Below, one piece after another: positions 13,175 through 23,628 of a DNA stretch of 64,000 nt (position 1 is its first letter; each line of letters opens with the position of its first letter). The stretch lies in assembly GCA_013265495.1 (NCBI GenBank), contig MU058687.1, forward strand, positions 4,338,093-4,402,092, given 5' to 3'. The position numbers and the translations under genes were made by a program. This DNA is from Vicugna vicugna (Eukaryota). The notes beneath the pieces are model-generated. The model did no database searches. It had not been told where the DNA came from and worked only from the letters and a program-made list of their open reading frames with translations.

Positions 13175-13428
13175 TTTAATTTTATTTATTTTTTAAAAAA
13201 ATTTATTGAAGTATAGTTGGTTTACAATGTTGAGTTAATTTCTGATATATAGCATAGTGATTCAGTTATGCATATAGATCTATATTCCTTTTCATATTCT
13301 TTTTCATTATAGGCTATTACAAGGTATTGAATACGGTTCCCTGTGCTCTACAGTGGGACCTTGCTGTTTATCTGTTTTATGTAGAGCAGTTAGTGTCTGC
13401 AAATCCCGAACTCCCAGTTTATCCCTCC
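13175..13428 (-). mobile_element. 5'-truncated L1 3' UTR, cetartiodactyl-type
   Basis: tttattgaagtatagttggtttacaatgttgagtt...gttccctgtgctctacagtgggaccttgctgtttatc...cccagtttatccct, with a T-rich tail at the left. Confidence 0.9.
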
Positions 13429-13724
13429 AGTTTTTGTTCTCATCAGACTTCAGTACCCTGAGGGCTTGCCTGTAAACTGCTTGCTGGCCGTCAGTGAAAC
13501 CTGGGAGTGCATGTGCGAAGAGGGACCAAGGCGACATGGCTGTTCCGGGGAAGGGGCTGGCTGTGTTACCCATGCATTAGACAGAATGACAGTAGAACTC
13601 TTGGCCCCTGGAAAGGAGTGTGAACTCATCACAGCAACTTCTTCGTGAAAATTTCACCAGTTAAATTCCACCTGCAGCTGTTCTTGGACAACATTGTAAG
13701 GAATGTCAAGCTGTTTGTCCCACA

Positions 13725-13960
13725 GCAGCATGGTGTACAAGAAAGCTGGGCTTTTGAATGAAACACACCTGAGTTCGGGGGTGTCTACCATTTATAACCT
13801 GTATGAACTTTGATCAAGTTGCTTAACCTCTCTAAGCCAAGTATCCTCACCTCTAAAGCAAGGTGGTGATACCTGTCTACCATTTTACCCATGATAGTGG
13901 CATTTGATGGTGGTTATGAAGTGCCCAGCATGGTGCCTGACATATAGGAACTATTCAGGA
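13725..13960 (+). mobile_element. MIR SINE
   Basis: gcagcatggtgtacaagaaag...caagttgcttaacctctctaagcc...tcctcacctctaaa. Confidence 0.8.
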
Positions 13961-15994
13961 GTCTTGGTTTTTCCTGGTTATTTTTGTCTCAAGTTAATCC
14001 TCTTTCCCCTGAAATTTGGAAGCAACTGCTGTGAAGCATGCATACAATCAATCTTCCTTTTAAGTGGGAGGAGTTTTAGTTTACAGAGAGCAGTCGGAAG
14101 AGATGAGTGACATGGTTCTTGGTTACTAATACTGATTAGGAGATACACAGGCTTTAAAAAATATTCGTTTGCTTCGTTTGGCACAAATTTCAAAGTTGAA
14201 GCAATCTCTTCAATGCTTTTCCCAGGTGCAATAGCATACTTTTTTTTGAAACCTCCATCTTTAGCCAAGGGAATTCCTTTAGCACTCAATGAAGCCAATT
14301 CCTTTTCTAATTTGGCTCCATGTCACCTTCTCTGCTCCCCTCGCCTCCTCCCCTAACTTCTAGTTGAAACTCTCGGAGTCACCCTAAACTTTAAATCAGT
14401 CTGTGTCCCTAGGCTACATTCTCAAATTTCATTATTAGCTTCCCTTTTCTTACTTATCCAAGCCTTTCTTCATTCTCTCTTCTATCTGAGTCAACACTGT
14501 TCATGATTTTCTTGCTTTATGAAGTTCACATTCTAGTGAGCAGAGTTTCATAAACCCTCAAGTCTAGAGGCCAGTTTATCCATAATTTCTGTAAAAACTC
14601 CCAATTGACTTTAAAATGATCTCCTCAGGTTCCTTTTGGAACGCTAGTCTTCACCAGGGATCACCTCGTTATCACCTCTTAGTTCTCATCACTGATATAT
14701 TTTTAAATTTTTTTTTGCTGTAAAATAGGAATTGGCATGACTCCCCACATCCTCATAGTTCAGTTCCTGTGTCCTCATTGAGACTGGCTGTAATTTCCCC
14801 CTTCCCCATCGTTTTCCATCTGGTCTCAGCCCCCAGTCTCCAGGCCTGGTATGAACATCTGTAGCCAGACTGACTTTGGGTATTTGTTTCAGTCACTTCA
14901 TTGATTAGAGCCTGTGGACTTAGGTTATGCTAGTTTGCATTTTCATGACCAGTCTAATTTTCAATACTAAGTGATTTTATGCAGTAATTCTTTCTTCTAG
15001 TTATTCAGTTGTTAGCAGATTTATGTTGCATCTTGATTTTTGTTCTATTACAATTTTGTATTTAAGTTAACCAACATCAGTAGTTTATTTCTACTTATAT
15101 TAAGAGAATGATTTTTCACTATATGTCACACCACATAGAAGCTCATAAAATGTAAATTTGATTATTGTGCTTATGAACAATTCTTTGAATTAGGTCTGAG
15201 TATGCTCCCAGAGAGATGAAATTAATATTGAGCATCCATGGGTGTGATCTGGTTATATATCCCAGATATTGAAGTTTAAGGAAACCAAGAAAATATGACC
15301 CCCTTCCCTCCTTTTATTTTTGCCACTTGAGTTCTGCATCAATCGAGAAAAGCAAATGCAAGGCTGGTGGAAATCAAATACCATTTTTATTACTGATAAC
15401 ACTGATGGTGAAAAATGTGGTTTACAGGTACTGAACTTCAGAATTAGAATTGCCCACTCAAACACTAATTCAGGACTGGGGTAGGCATCTCTACTGAAGC
15501 AAGGCTAGCTCCTCTAATACCCAGGCTGTGGATGAATGAGTGGGGTAAACTGGGTGTTTCTTGAAGGCAGCTTGCTCCCCCGAGGGACATGCCAGGGCTG
15601 AGCTATGCACATACAGCTCTCTTTGCAGACTGTCCTTACTCTTTCAGATTTTGTCACTCCTTTTTCGTTGGAAAGCTGTAAATGAGAGAGTGAAGAGATG
15701 TAGGAGCATCTTGTTAATGGAATTTCTTTAAAGAGGAAGGTACCAACAGGAGAGGGCAAGAAGAGGGAAATTTCTGCTCCTTCTTACCACAGGGGCATTA
15801 GGACATGGTTTGTTAAATTTTAATTTGATTTATTAAAGTAAATGCTGGGAGGGAGCCACCTTCTACTCCGGCCATACTAATGCTATTTTTCTTCACTTTT
15901 GTTAATAACATTTCTAGTCTCTCTGTATTTATTTCAAGCCCTCATTACTCCTGCCCCAGCCACTCACTATTTGTAGGTAAATCAGATAAGGAGA

Positions 15995-16730
15995 GGTCTA
16001 ATAGTTTATTTCTTTTAGCTGGAGATCCTTTAGTTGCACACGAGACACCCAACTCAAATGGTTTAAGCATAAGAGGGAATCTGTTACCATGTAAGTTTTA
16101 AAAGTCCAGATTTGGTCGGCTGAATCCAGGTCTTCAAATGACATCATTCTGCAGAAGCCCTTTCTCTCCATTTTTCGGTTGTTTCCTGGGAGGGCTATTT
16201 CATCAGGCAGGCCCAATCCCCCTGGTTATCACATGGTCTCCAGAGGCCCTGGGTTTTTGTCTTACCTCTTCAGAAAGCCTTGTTTACAAAGAGCGTATCT
16301 TTCATAAGTGTTCCAGCAAAATCCCTGGGGGTGAATATTACTGGACCAGCTTGGGTTGCTGCTAATTCAGTGGTTCTAAAGGTGGTTCCTAGACCAGCCA
16401 CATAAGCATCACCTTGGAACATGGAGATGCAAATTCTCAGGCTGCACCCCAGACTTTTGCGGACTGTGTGATTCAGATGCATGCTGAAGTTTGAAGACCA
16501 CCGTGTTAGTCCACAGACTGTGCTCTATGGCTAGAGGTATAAAAATACATTGGGCGGTTCAGTCTGGGTGGCTTGATTACTTCAGGAGCTGGGATGGGGT
16601 CACCTTCGTCCAGCCAAGATGGTTTAAATGTGAAGTGGGGAGGGTAGCTTCCCAAAGGAAAAGTAGGTGTTATTATCAGAAAAAGCAACAGTTGCTGGTC
16701 AGATAAAATTAACACATACTCTACAATACA
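15995..16730. mobile_element. MaLR LTR (MLT1-like) interrupted by MER5A
   Basis: tttagttgcacacgagacacccaactcaaatggtttaagcataagagggaat is typical of an MLT1J/K/L terminus. Confidence 0.65.
16368..16503. mobile_element. MER5A (hAT-Charlie MITE), internally deleted
   Basis: Terminal inverted repeats cagtggttctaaa / tttgaagaccaccg and internal gatgcaaattctcaggctgcaccccagac. Confidence 0.85.
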
Positions 16731-17175
16731 ACCTTTTCCTCAAGTACTGGGTGATGAATTATTGCACCAAGAAGTATTTGGTAATGAATGCCTAAGGCTT
16801 GCTTGTTTTATCTTTGCAAGGATTAGGGCAATAAAACCTTTTCTTCTTATAGTATGTATTGGTACCCAGTTATTTTCCTGAATGGCGAAAACTAATAGTT
16901 TGATCCTTTAACTTGAATTAGCCACCATCTCATATTTTCCTTTATGTGATAGGGCATTCAGAGCAGCTGCATTCGATGCAGGGCACATAACTTGGACAGG
17001 GCCAGTAATCAGCTCTCCCACTGGGGCCAAGTCAGACATATACAATATTGAGTATTTTTGTTTCTGGAACTGAATATTTTGTGTGCAAACAAATTAGACC
17101 TAAAAGATGGAGTAGGGGTGCTGTGACAAAGCACAACAACTCTTCCTGTTTGTGTCTCCTCTATGATTTTCATAG

Positions 17176-17557
17176 GTACAATGGTGGGAGACCATACTCG
17201 CTTGGAATTCCACAACATTGAAACTGGGATCATGACCGAGAAACGGTACATCTCCGTCGTCCCCTCCAGTTTCATTGGCCACTTGCAGAGCCTCATGTTT
17301 AATGGGATGCTCTACATTGACTTGTGCAAAAATGGAGACATTGATTACTGTGAACTGAAGGCTCGTTTTGGACTGAGGAACATCATCGCTGACCCTGTCA
17401 CCTTCAAGACCAAGAGCAGCTACCTGAGCCTGGCCACCCTCCAGGCCTATACCTCCATGCACCTCTTTTTCCAGTTCAAGACCACCTCTGCTGATGGCTT
17501 CATCCTCTTCAATAGTGGTGATGGCAATGACTTCATTGCTGTTGAGCTAGTCAAGGG
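17176..17557 (+). CDS. NRXN3: Neurexin-3 alpha coding exon (382 nt, phase 1-2), end of LNS4 and start of LNS5
   Basis: tttcatAG acceptor at 17174-17175 and GG/GTAAGT donor at 17558. Translates [18 protein letters not shown]...[12 protein letters not shown](G), in frame with the previous exon. Confidence 0.98.
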
Positions 17558-18343
17558 GTAAGTGGAAGAGAGTACATAGTTCATGCTGGATATCTTAGCT
17601 CAAGCCCTGCATGAAATATGGGCATGAAGTGTCCATTCTACTCTCTACCCTCTATTCCTGATATATGCTCTCATCTTCATTGATTAAAAATATCTCTGTA
17701 ATGATTAAGTCTAGAAGGGAGAGAAATTAATGAGTTTATTTAAAGATCTTCTCCTAACTCAGTACTATCAGGCTTTTTACTATGAAATGTGGTCCTTTAA
17801 ACCTATGATAAAAAAGCTTTTCTTTTTCTTTTTCTTTGCAAAAGAGGGATGTGGGATGTATTGCATCTATTTCTGGGACAGTACAATACAACTACCAAAT
17901 TTATAGGAAGAAATGAAATATAGATATTTTCAGGACTACTATTAGCCCAAATATGCAGATTTTAAAAAGCTGTTCTTGTTTCAAGATACTTTACTACTAT
18001 GTTGGGAAAAAAAAACAGAAGCAAAAAAAACAGAACCCCCCAAACACATCTATGATTGACTGTGAATTTAAATGTCGCCTCCTAGTGTTTTGGAGTGTAC
18101 TGCCTGTGTAGTCTGGGGTTTTGTTAGGTAGTGTTAAAGAAACAGATTCAATGAGTATAGAGTTAAAGTGAAGTCTGATAGAACAGGATCTGACTATTCT
18201 TGTATTCCTAAATCAAGCTTAATTTTCTTGTACGACACCAGTCTAGCTTGGGGGATTTGAAGCTCCCGATGTCAGTTCTATACACGTTGCATTAAACCAC
18301 TCCAGGGAATCTCAAGTCATCGAGTGCTTGTGGTCCCTCACAG

Positions 18344-18534
18344 GTACATACACTACGTGTTTGACCTCGGAAATGGTCCCAATGTGATCAAAGGCAATAG
18401 TGACCGTCCCCTAAATGACAACCAGTGGCACAACGTCGTCATCACCCGGGACAACAGTAACACCCACAGCCTGAAAGTGGATACTAAGGTGGTCACTCAG
18501 GTTATCAATGGTGCCAAAAATCTGGACTTGAAAG
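18344..18534 (+). CDS. NRXN3: Neurexin-3 alpha coding exon (191 nt, phase 2-1), LNS5
   Basis: ctcacAG acceptor at 18342-18343 and AAG/GTAAAC donor at 18535. Translates [36 protein letters not shown]...AKNLDLK(G). Confidence 0.98.
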
Positions 18535-18804
18535 GTAAACCTTGTAAAGAAGTTTATCCTTTTTAGAGCATGTCTTACAATTGAAAGGCTGTTCCCAGAA
18601 GTAAAGTACAGTTGAGGAGCACCATGCATTTTTGATACACCATGCACATCCTATTTTAACAATGTTGAATTATATCATGATGCAATTTATTCAGTTTTTA
18701 CTTTGACCACTCCTCAGGGGTGGACTTGCTGTCTCTGTAAACCTTTGGCATGTTGGAACTGAGTGATGGGGTTATAAACATCAGAATGTGAAGGGGTCAT
18801 AATA

Positions 18805-19170
18805 CACAGGAAAGAATATCTATAGGTTTTGGAATCTCAGCTGAATCATTTACTGCCTGAGTGACTTTAGCAAAATTTTTTAGCCTTGTTCAGCTTCTAT
18901 ATACTTTTTTGCAAAATGAGGATAATAATTGTTACTACCTTTATGGGCTGTTAGGAGTTTTGATGGAATAATGTCTGTAAAGTCCTCAGCATATTATTGG
19001 TAACAAGCACATAAAAAGCACTCAGTAAATGGTTGTTTTGTTGAAAATGTTACTAATCTTTACTTCATCATAAAATGGGAACAATACGTACCTCATAGAA
19101 TGGATATGGTGATTAAAATTTGTGAGATGATGTGTATAAAATGAATAACACATAAGAAATGTTAGTTTCT
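18805..19170 (+). mobile_element. MIR SINE fragments (two)
   Basis: tgagtgactttagcaaa...gcaaaatgaggataataat...gtaaagtcctcagca, then cttcatcataaaatgggaacaata. Confidence 0.75.
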
Positions 19171-19331
19171 TCTTTTTACAGGGCAGAAACTCTGGTAATT
19201 ATTTTTTACACTGGTTCCCCCCCAGGCTGTGTTACCATTATCTAGTGCATAGTCTGAAGTGCACTGGCGTTAGTTGTTGTGGTTTCCATACCCCTCACCC
19301 ATTTACTGTTACTACCTATTTTCCTTTGCAG

Positions 19332-19505
19332 GTGACCTCTACATGGCAGGCCTGGCCCAAGGCATGTACAGCAACCTCCCAAAGCTAGTGGCCTCCCGGG
19401 ATGGCTTTCAGGGCTGTCTGGCATCAGTGGACTTGAACGGACGCCTGCCAGACCTCATCAATGATGCTCTCCATCGTAGTGGACAGATCGAGCGTGGCTG
19501 TGAAG
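19332..19505 (+). CDS. NRXN3: Neurexin-3 alpha coding exon (174 nt, phase 1-1), end of LNS5
   Basis: ttcctttgcAG acceptor at 19330-19331 and AAG/GTACAA donor at 19506. Translates [58 protein letters not shown]. Confidence 0.98.
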
Positions 19506-20039
19506 GTACAACCTTTTTTATTTTTAAGCTATGTCCTTGTCCCAAGCACCATGCCTGTCTGCTGCCTCTGCCAGTGCCTCCTTCCTCGATTTACCAGTCC
19601 TCCCTCATTCCCATTCACCACCCGGCATTGCATCACCATCAGTGTCCTCTTGTCACTGGCTGAGAATGTCAAGACATGTGCCACAGGCTCCAGGAATGTA
19701 TGTCGGCAGATGTCTTCTCAGTGTCACATACCTGCCAATAGAGAACCTTTCCTGGCATTGACATCAGGCCTCTGCTGACTTGTGCCTTTGCTTCCAGCAT
19801 GGCTGAAAGGGTACCAGGGATTTTATCTATAACTTAATACATGGGGAGGTAGAAATCAGAGACTTTTTCTTACACGGGTGTCATCATCAATAAAATGTTT
19901 CTTATGTCACTAATAGTGACTGCATCATTTAATGCAAACTGAGCAGGAGGTCGGAAAACGATGTCAGGATGCCATGACGAGGGGAGGGGAGTAAGTTATT
20001 GAGTACTTACTAGATGTCAGGCATTATTAGGCAGTTTCT

Positions 20040-20262
20040 CAGTGTGCTGTAGTGGAACAGTATGGACTCTGATGTTGTAAAGACCTGGATTTAGGGCCAG
20101 GTAGTAGTTCCTGTTGGCTGTGTGACTTCTGGCAAGTCACTTAACCTCTCTGAACTTTGTCTTTCTCATCTATAAAAATGGGACAATAAAACTTACCTTG
20201 GAAGAGTTATGTATAGAGTGCCTGGAATATACATAGTAGGTACTCAATAAATGGTAGGATTA
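20040..20262 (+). mobile_element. MIR SINE
   Basis: ctgtgtgacttctggcaagtcacttaacctctctgaac...tctcatctataaaaatggg...gtactcaataaatggtag. Confidence 0.85.
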
Positions 20263-21290
20263 TTATTTACAAATGTTATCTCATGGGAGACATTTAGTAG
20301 CATTGCATGCCCGCTCATGCCACACAACAAACCACAGTCAGCCTATTTCTGTAGATAATCCATTGTCTCTTGAGATATTAACTGAATCTTATAAGTCTTT
20401 TGAGTCCAGTAGTTCTTTACAATAAACACCATCTAATTTCAGCTGGCAGGGGACAGCGGACAACATTTTCAGCCTTCCCAGCCTCCTGGGGTAGGCTGAG
20501 AAGGGGACTTGTATCGAACATGAAAGGCAAAGAGGATGTCTGACCAGTCACCAGGATCTGTGTATTCTTTTGTCTGGTTGAGCCTCATGGCCCTTTGTGC
20601 AATATAGTGGTTTCTTGTATCCCTCCTTCATTTACCACATCAAACCTGTTCATTTATCTCCTAACTGTTCAGCTTCATGTGTTGCTCCTGTCCTGAACCA
20701 GTGTCCACCCTCCATGTGCCATCTTACAGCATATTTAATAAAAGCTTCTGCTCAGCTTCCCGGGCTGATCTGTAGGATGGAAGGAGTTTCCCTTCACCAA
20801 GAGTCAGTGTCTCTTTACCGGTTTGCACTAGTCATAAGGCTGGTTGTCCCTCTAACCCTCTCCAATTTTCTTTTAATCAGAAATATTTCTTAAATTCTGT
20901 TGGCCAAATATAGTGTGTGTATGGGGAACAGAAGGTTGGGAATCACCATGCATTTAAAGCAGCCACTTTGCTTTCTTCTCCTGAAAATGCACAATTTCAT
21001 TCAACTCAAGAATTTTGGTCTTATTGATCTTCTCTGAGTTCTTTTGGGTGCTAAAGGCAATCCTGAAATAGATACACCGTTTGGGAATTTGGGTGTCTTC
21101 GTTTAGAAGATTCCGGAATGACAGAATTTCCAGTTATCCTGGAATAATTAATTAATCATGTCAAGTTAAATCATAATATAAAAGCACATACTAAAAAGCA
21201 TAAGGCTCTCTTCAGATGTTAAATATTTTCATCATGCCATCAGTTCTGGAGGTTTAAAAGTGAACAGGGATCATCCACTTAACTCCATAG

Positions 21291-21610
21291 CAACATTGCC
21301 TGATAGAAATATAGTGTGAGTCACATACATAATTTTAAATTCCCTGGTAACTACATTTTAAAAAAAGATACAAAGTAACAGGTAAAGTTAATTTTAATTT
21401 TACATTTTATTTCACTTAATCTAGTATATCCAAAATGTTATCATTTCAGGATGTAATCAATACAAAATTTTTAATAAGACATTTTACCTTTTTTTTCATA
21501 TTGAGCTTTCCAAATTGAGTATTTTATGCTTGCAGCATGCCCCAACTCAGACTACACACTTCTCCAGTGCTCAGTCCCATGCGGCTGTGGCTGCTATGTG
21601 GGAGGCACAG
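21291..21610 (+). mobile_element. MER33 (hAT-Charlie) near full length with 8-bp target site duplication
   Basis: caacattgcctgatagaaatatagtgtgagtcacatacataattttaaatt...gtggctgctatgtgggaggcacag, flanked by ctccatag (21283-21290) and ttctatag (21611-21618). Confidence 0.85.
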
Positions 21611-23487
21611 TTCTATAGGGTATCAAAATTGTGATATAAGGACATAGTGCTGAAGTTAGATTAAAAGGAAGTCTGAACTAACTTTTTTTAAAGGTAGATT
21701 AAAATATATAGCATACAGCTGAAAAGGACCCCACTTAAGAGAGCTTGAAAGGAAGTCGTGAGAGCATTAGTGAGAAGAAATTACCCATCTGATTGGAGAA
21801 GATGTTCCTGTCCCTAGCAACAGCTCTGTGTGCAATTTGGCATGACTCAGCACACGCATTATGGTGGGTTCTGACCTTCCTCTGAGTGTGAGTGATTGTT
21901 CAAAGCCGAACGTTGTGGCTTGATGGCTCTGCCATCCCCATCTGTGGACAATCCCATGGGCCTAATAACACTGCACTCTATTGCCATGGAGATAATGATG
22001 ATGGTTACCCGTGGAGCATTATGGCTGCCCCGCTGGGTGGCATGAAGTGGAGGATGAGGGCTGAAGGAAGAACGCCCTTGTTTACTGTACACAGATGACT
22101 CGGATAATTAGCTTAAGTGACCAGGAAAAATGGCCAAAAAGTGGGTTACAGCATAAATACTGTCATCGGAAGTTTGCACTATTGTGAATAAGCCCTTGTA
22201 AGAGATCCCGGGAGCTTTTTAGGGCACGTGGAGGATGATGGGGAAGGAAACGAAGGGCACAGAACCTTGGAAAGACTGCAGAGAAGTGCCATTCTCGTTC
22301 TGAATCCCTGTACATAGTACAGGGCCCTCAGGAAGGCTTTTGAGAGTTAGGCTGAGTCATAGGAAACAAAACACATTTCTTGATCTATCATTTCTATGTC
22401 TAGAAGAGGAAACGAGGGGTAAGGATTCATTACTAAGAAGTAAGGCCTGGATCTTTTCAAGATGGTAATTGCGTTTTATTCTTGCATTTCTAGGGTACAC
22501 AGGCTAGGAGGGATCATAGATTCCTGTCAAAGACATTGGTGATGACACTTCAAGGTCCCTAAGCAGTAACTATTATATCTAACCCCAAAGAGTCCAAAAT
22601 TATTTTAAAGACACATTAATCCACTACTCTTTGGCTCTCAATAATTTACAGTAAGAAAGAAAAAAAATCGTGACTTAGGTTTTAATTTTATGTTTCTAAT
22701 AGACGCAGACTGTATAATTTAGAAATTAAGTGCAGTTTCTGGACAGCCTAGCTGACATCTAACTGCGATTTGCAACCCCTCAATTTGGGCTAGGAATTTT
22801 TTAATAATGTCTGATTCAATATTTGGCTGGTAAATATCTCTTTCTATCTTGAGGCCAGCTTTGCTGCAGAGCCCAAGGCATGTATTGGCTAGAAATTCGA
22901 TTCCACAATTGCAGATGGTAAACATCTGAGAGAAACACACGTGCTTCATTGCGAGACTGGCATAAATAAATAAAAAGAACATTGGTTTAGTGCCTTTTTG
23001 GCCACAGCCATTTAGGTTTGGCTACATTTTAATAAATTAAAGCAATTGAGGTCGTTGGTGTTTCCAAATCACCTTGATACGAATGCCCAGTTCTAGTGCC
23101 AAATTCCTCAGTGGCATTTTCAGGAGGTTACAAGGAGCACTCCCAAGTGACTCTTCCGTTCTTAACTCCTAAATGTTCAGAATTGCTTTTGTGGGCTCTG
23201 TCTGGTTGTGCTCACGTGTCTTTCAGTCTGGCCACGTACTCCCCTTACTTCTTGATGTTTATCCTCGCTGATGGAACATCATTTTCCCAGCTCATGTGCC
23301 TTGGGGTTGGCTGTGTGGTTGTGGGAAGGCTCTTGTTACCACCGCTTGTGCTCTGTCCAGTCCAGTGTTTCCCTGCCCCTGCTCTGCTGACGTGGCTCTG
23401 ATGAAGCCTGCTCCACCCTGGTCTGTGCATCCCTTATCTGTGCTGTCTCTGGAGAACCTGTGGAGCATTTCAGTTTGTCTGTCCGAG

Positions 23488-23601
23488 TGATGTTGGTTAT
23501 GCTGATTGTGTTTTCATTTCTGTAATGTTGCCCTGGTTTACTCTACCTCTTACTAACCTCTGGTTATTGTTTTCGCCTTTTCTGTTCTTTTGCTAACAAA
23601 G
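23488..23601 (+). promoter_or_regulatory. Microexon 3' splice region: AG-exclusion zone, TACTAAC branch point, U-rich tract, UGC motif
   Basis: No AG from 23488 to 23599. TACTAAC at 23551-23557, TGC at 23591-23593, CTAAC at 23593-23597. Confidence 0.8.
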
Positions 23602-23628
23602 TTGCGTTGACCAAAGCTGACCTGCAAG
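23602..23628 (+). CDS. NRXN3: 27-nt alternative microexon (neurexin splice site 6), inserts VALTKADLQ between LNS5 and EGF3
   Basis: aaAG|TTGCGTTGACCAAAGCTGACCTGCAAG|GTAGAG, phase 1-1 and frame-preserving. Gives GCE-VALTKADLQ-GPSTT, homologous to the NRXN1 SS6 insert VALMKADLQ as recalled. Confidence 0.93.

Noticed and set aside
17100..17462. Antisense ORFs over NRXN3 exons (also 18411-18647 and 36267-36476)
   Set aside because: Shadow ORFs caused by the codon structure of the sense exons.
17608..17626. RBFOX-type TGCATG/GCATG downstream of the 382-nt exon
   Set aside because: The exon is asymmetric in phase and presumably constitutive, and the hexamer is frequent throughout the window.
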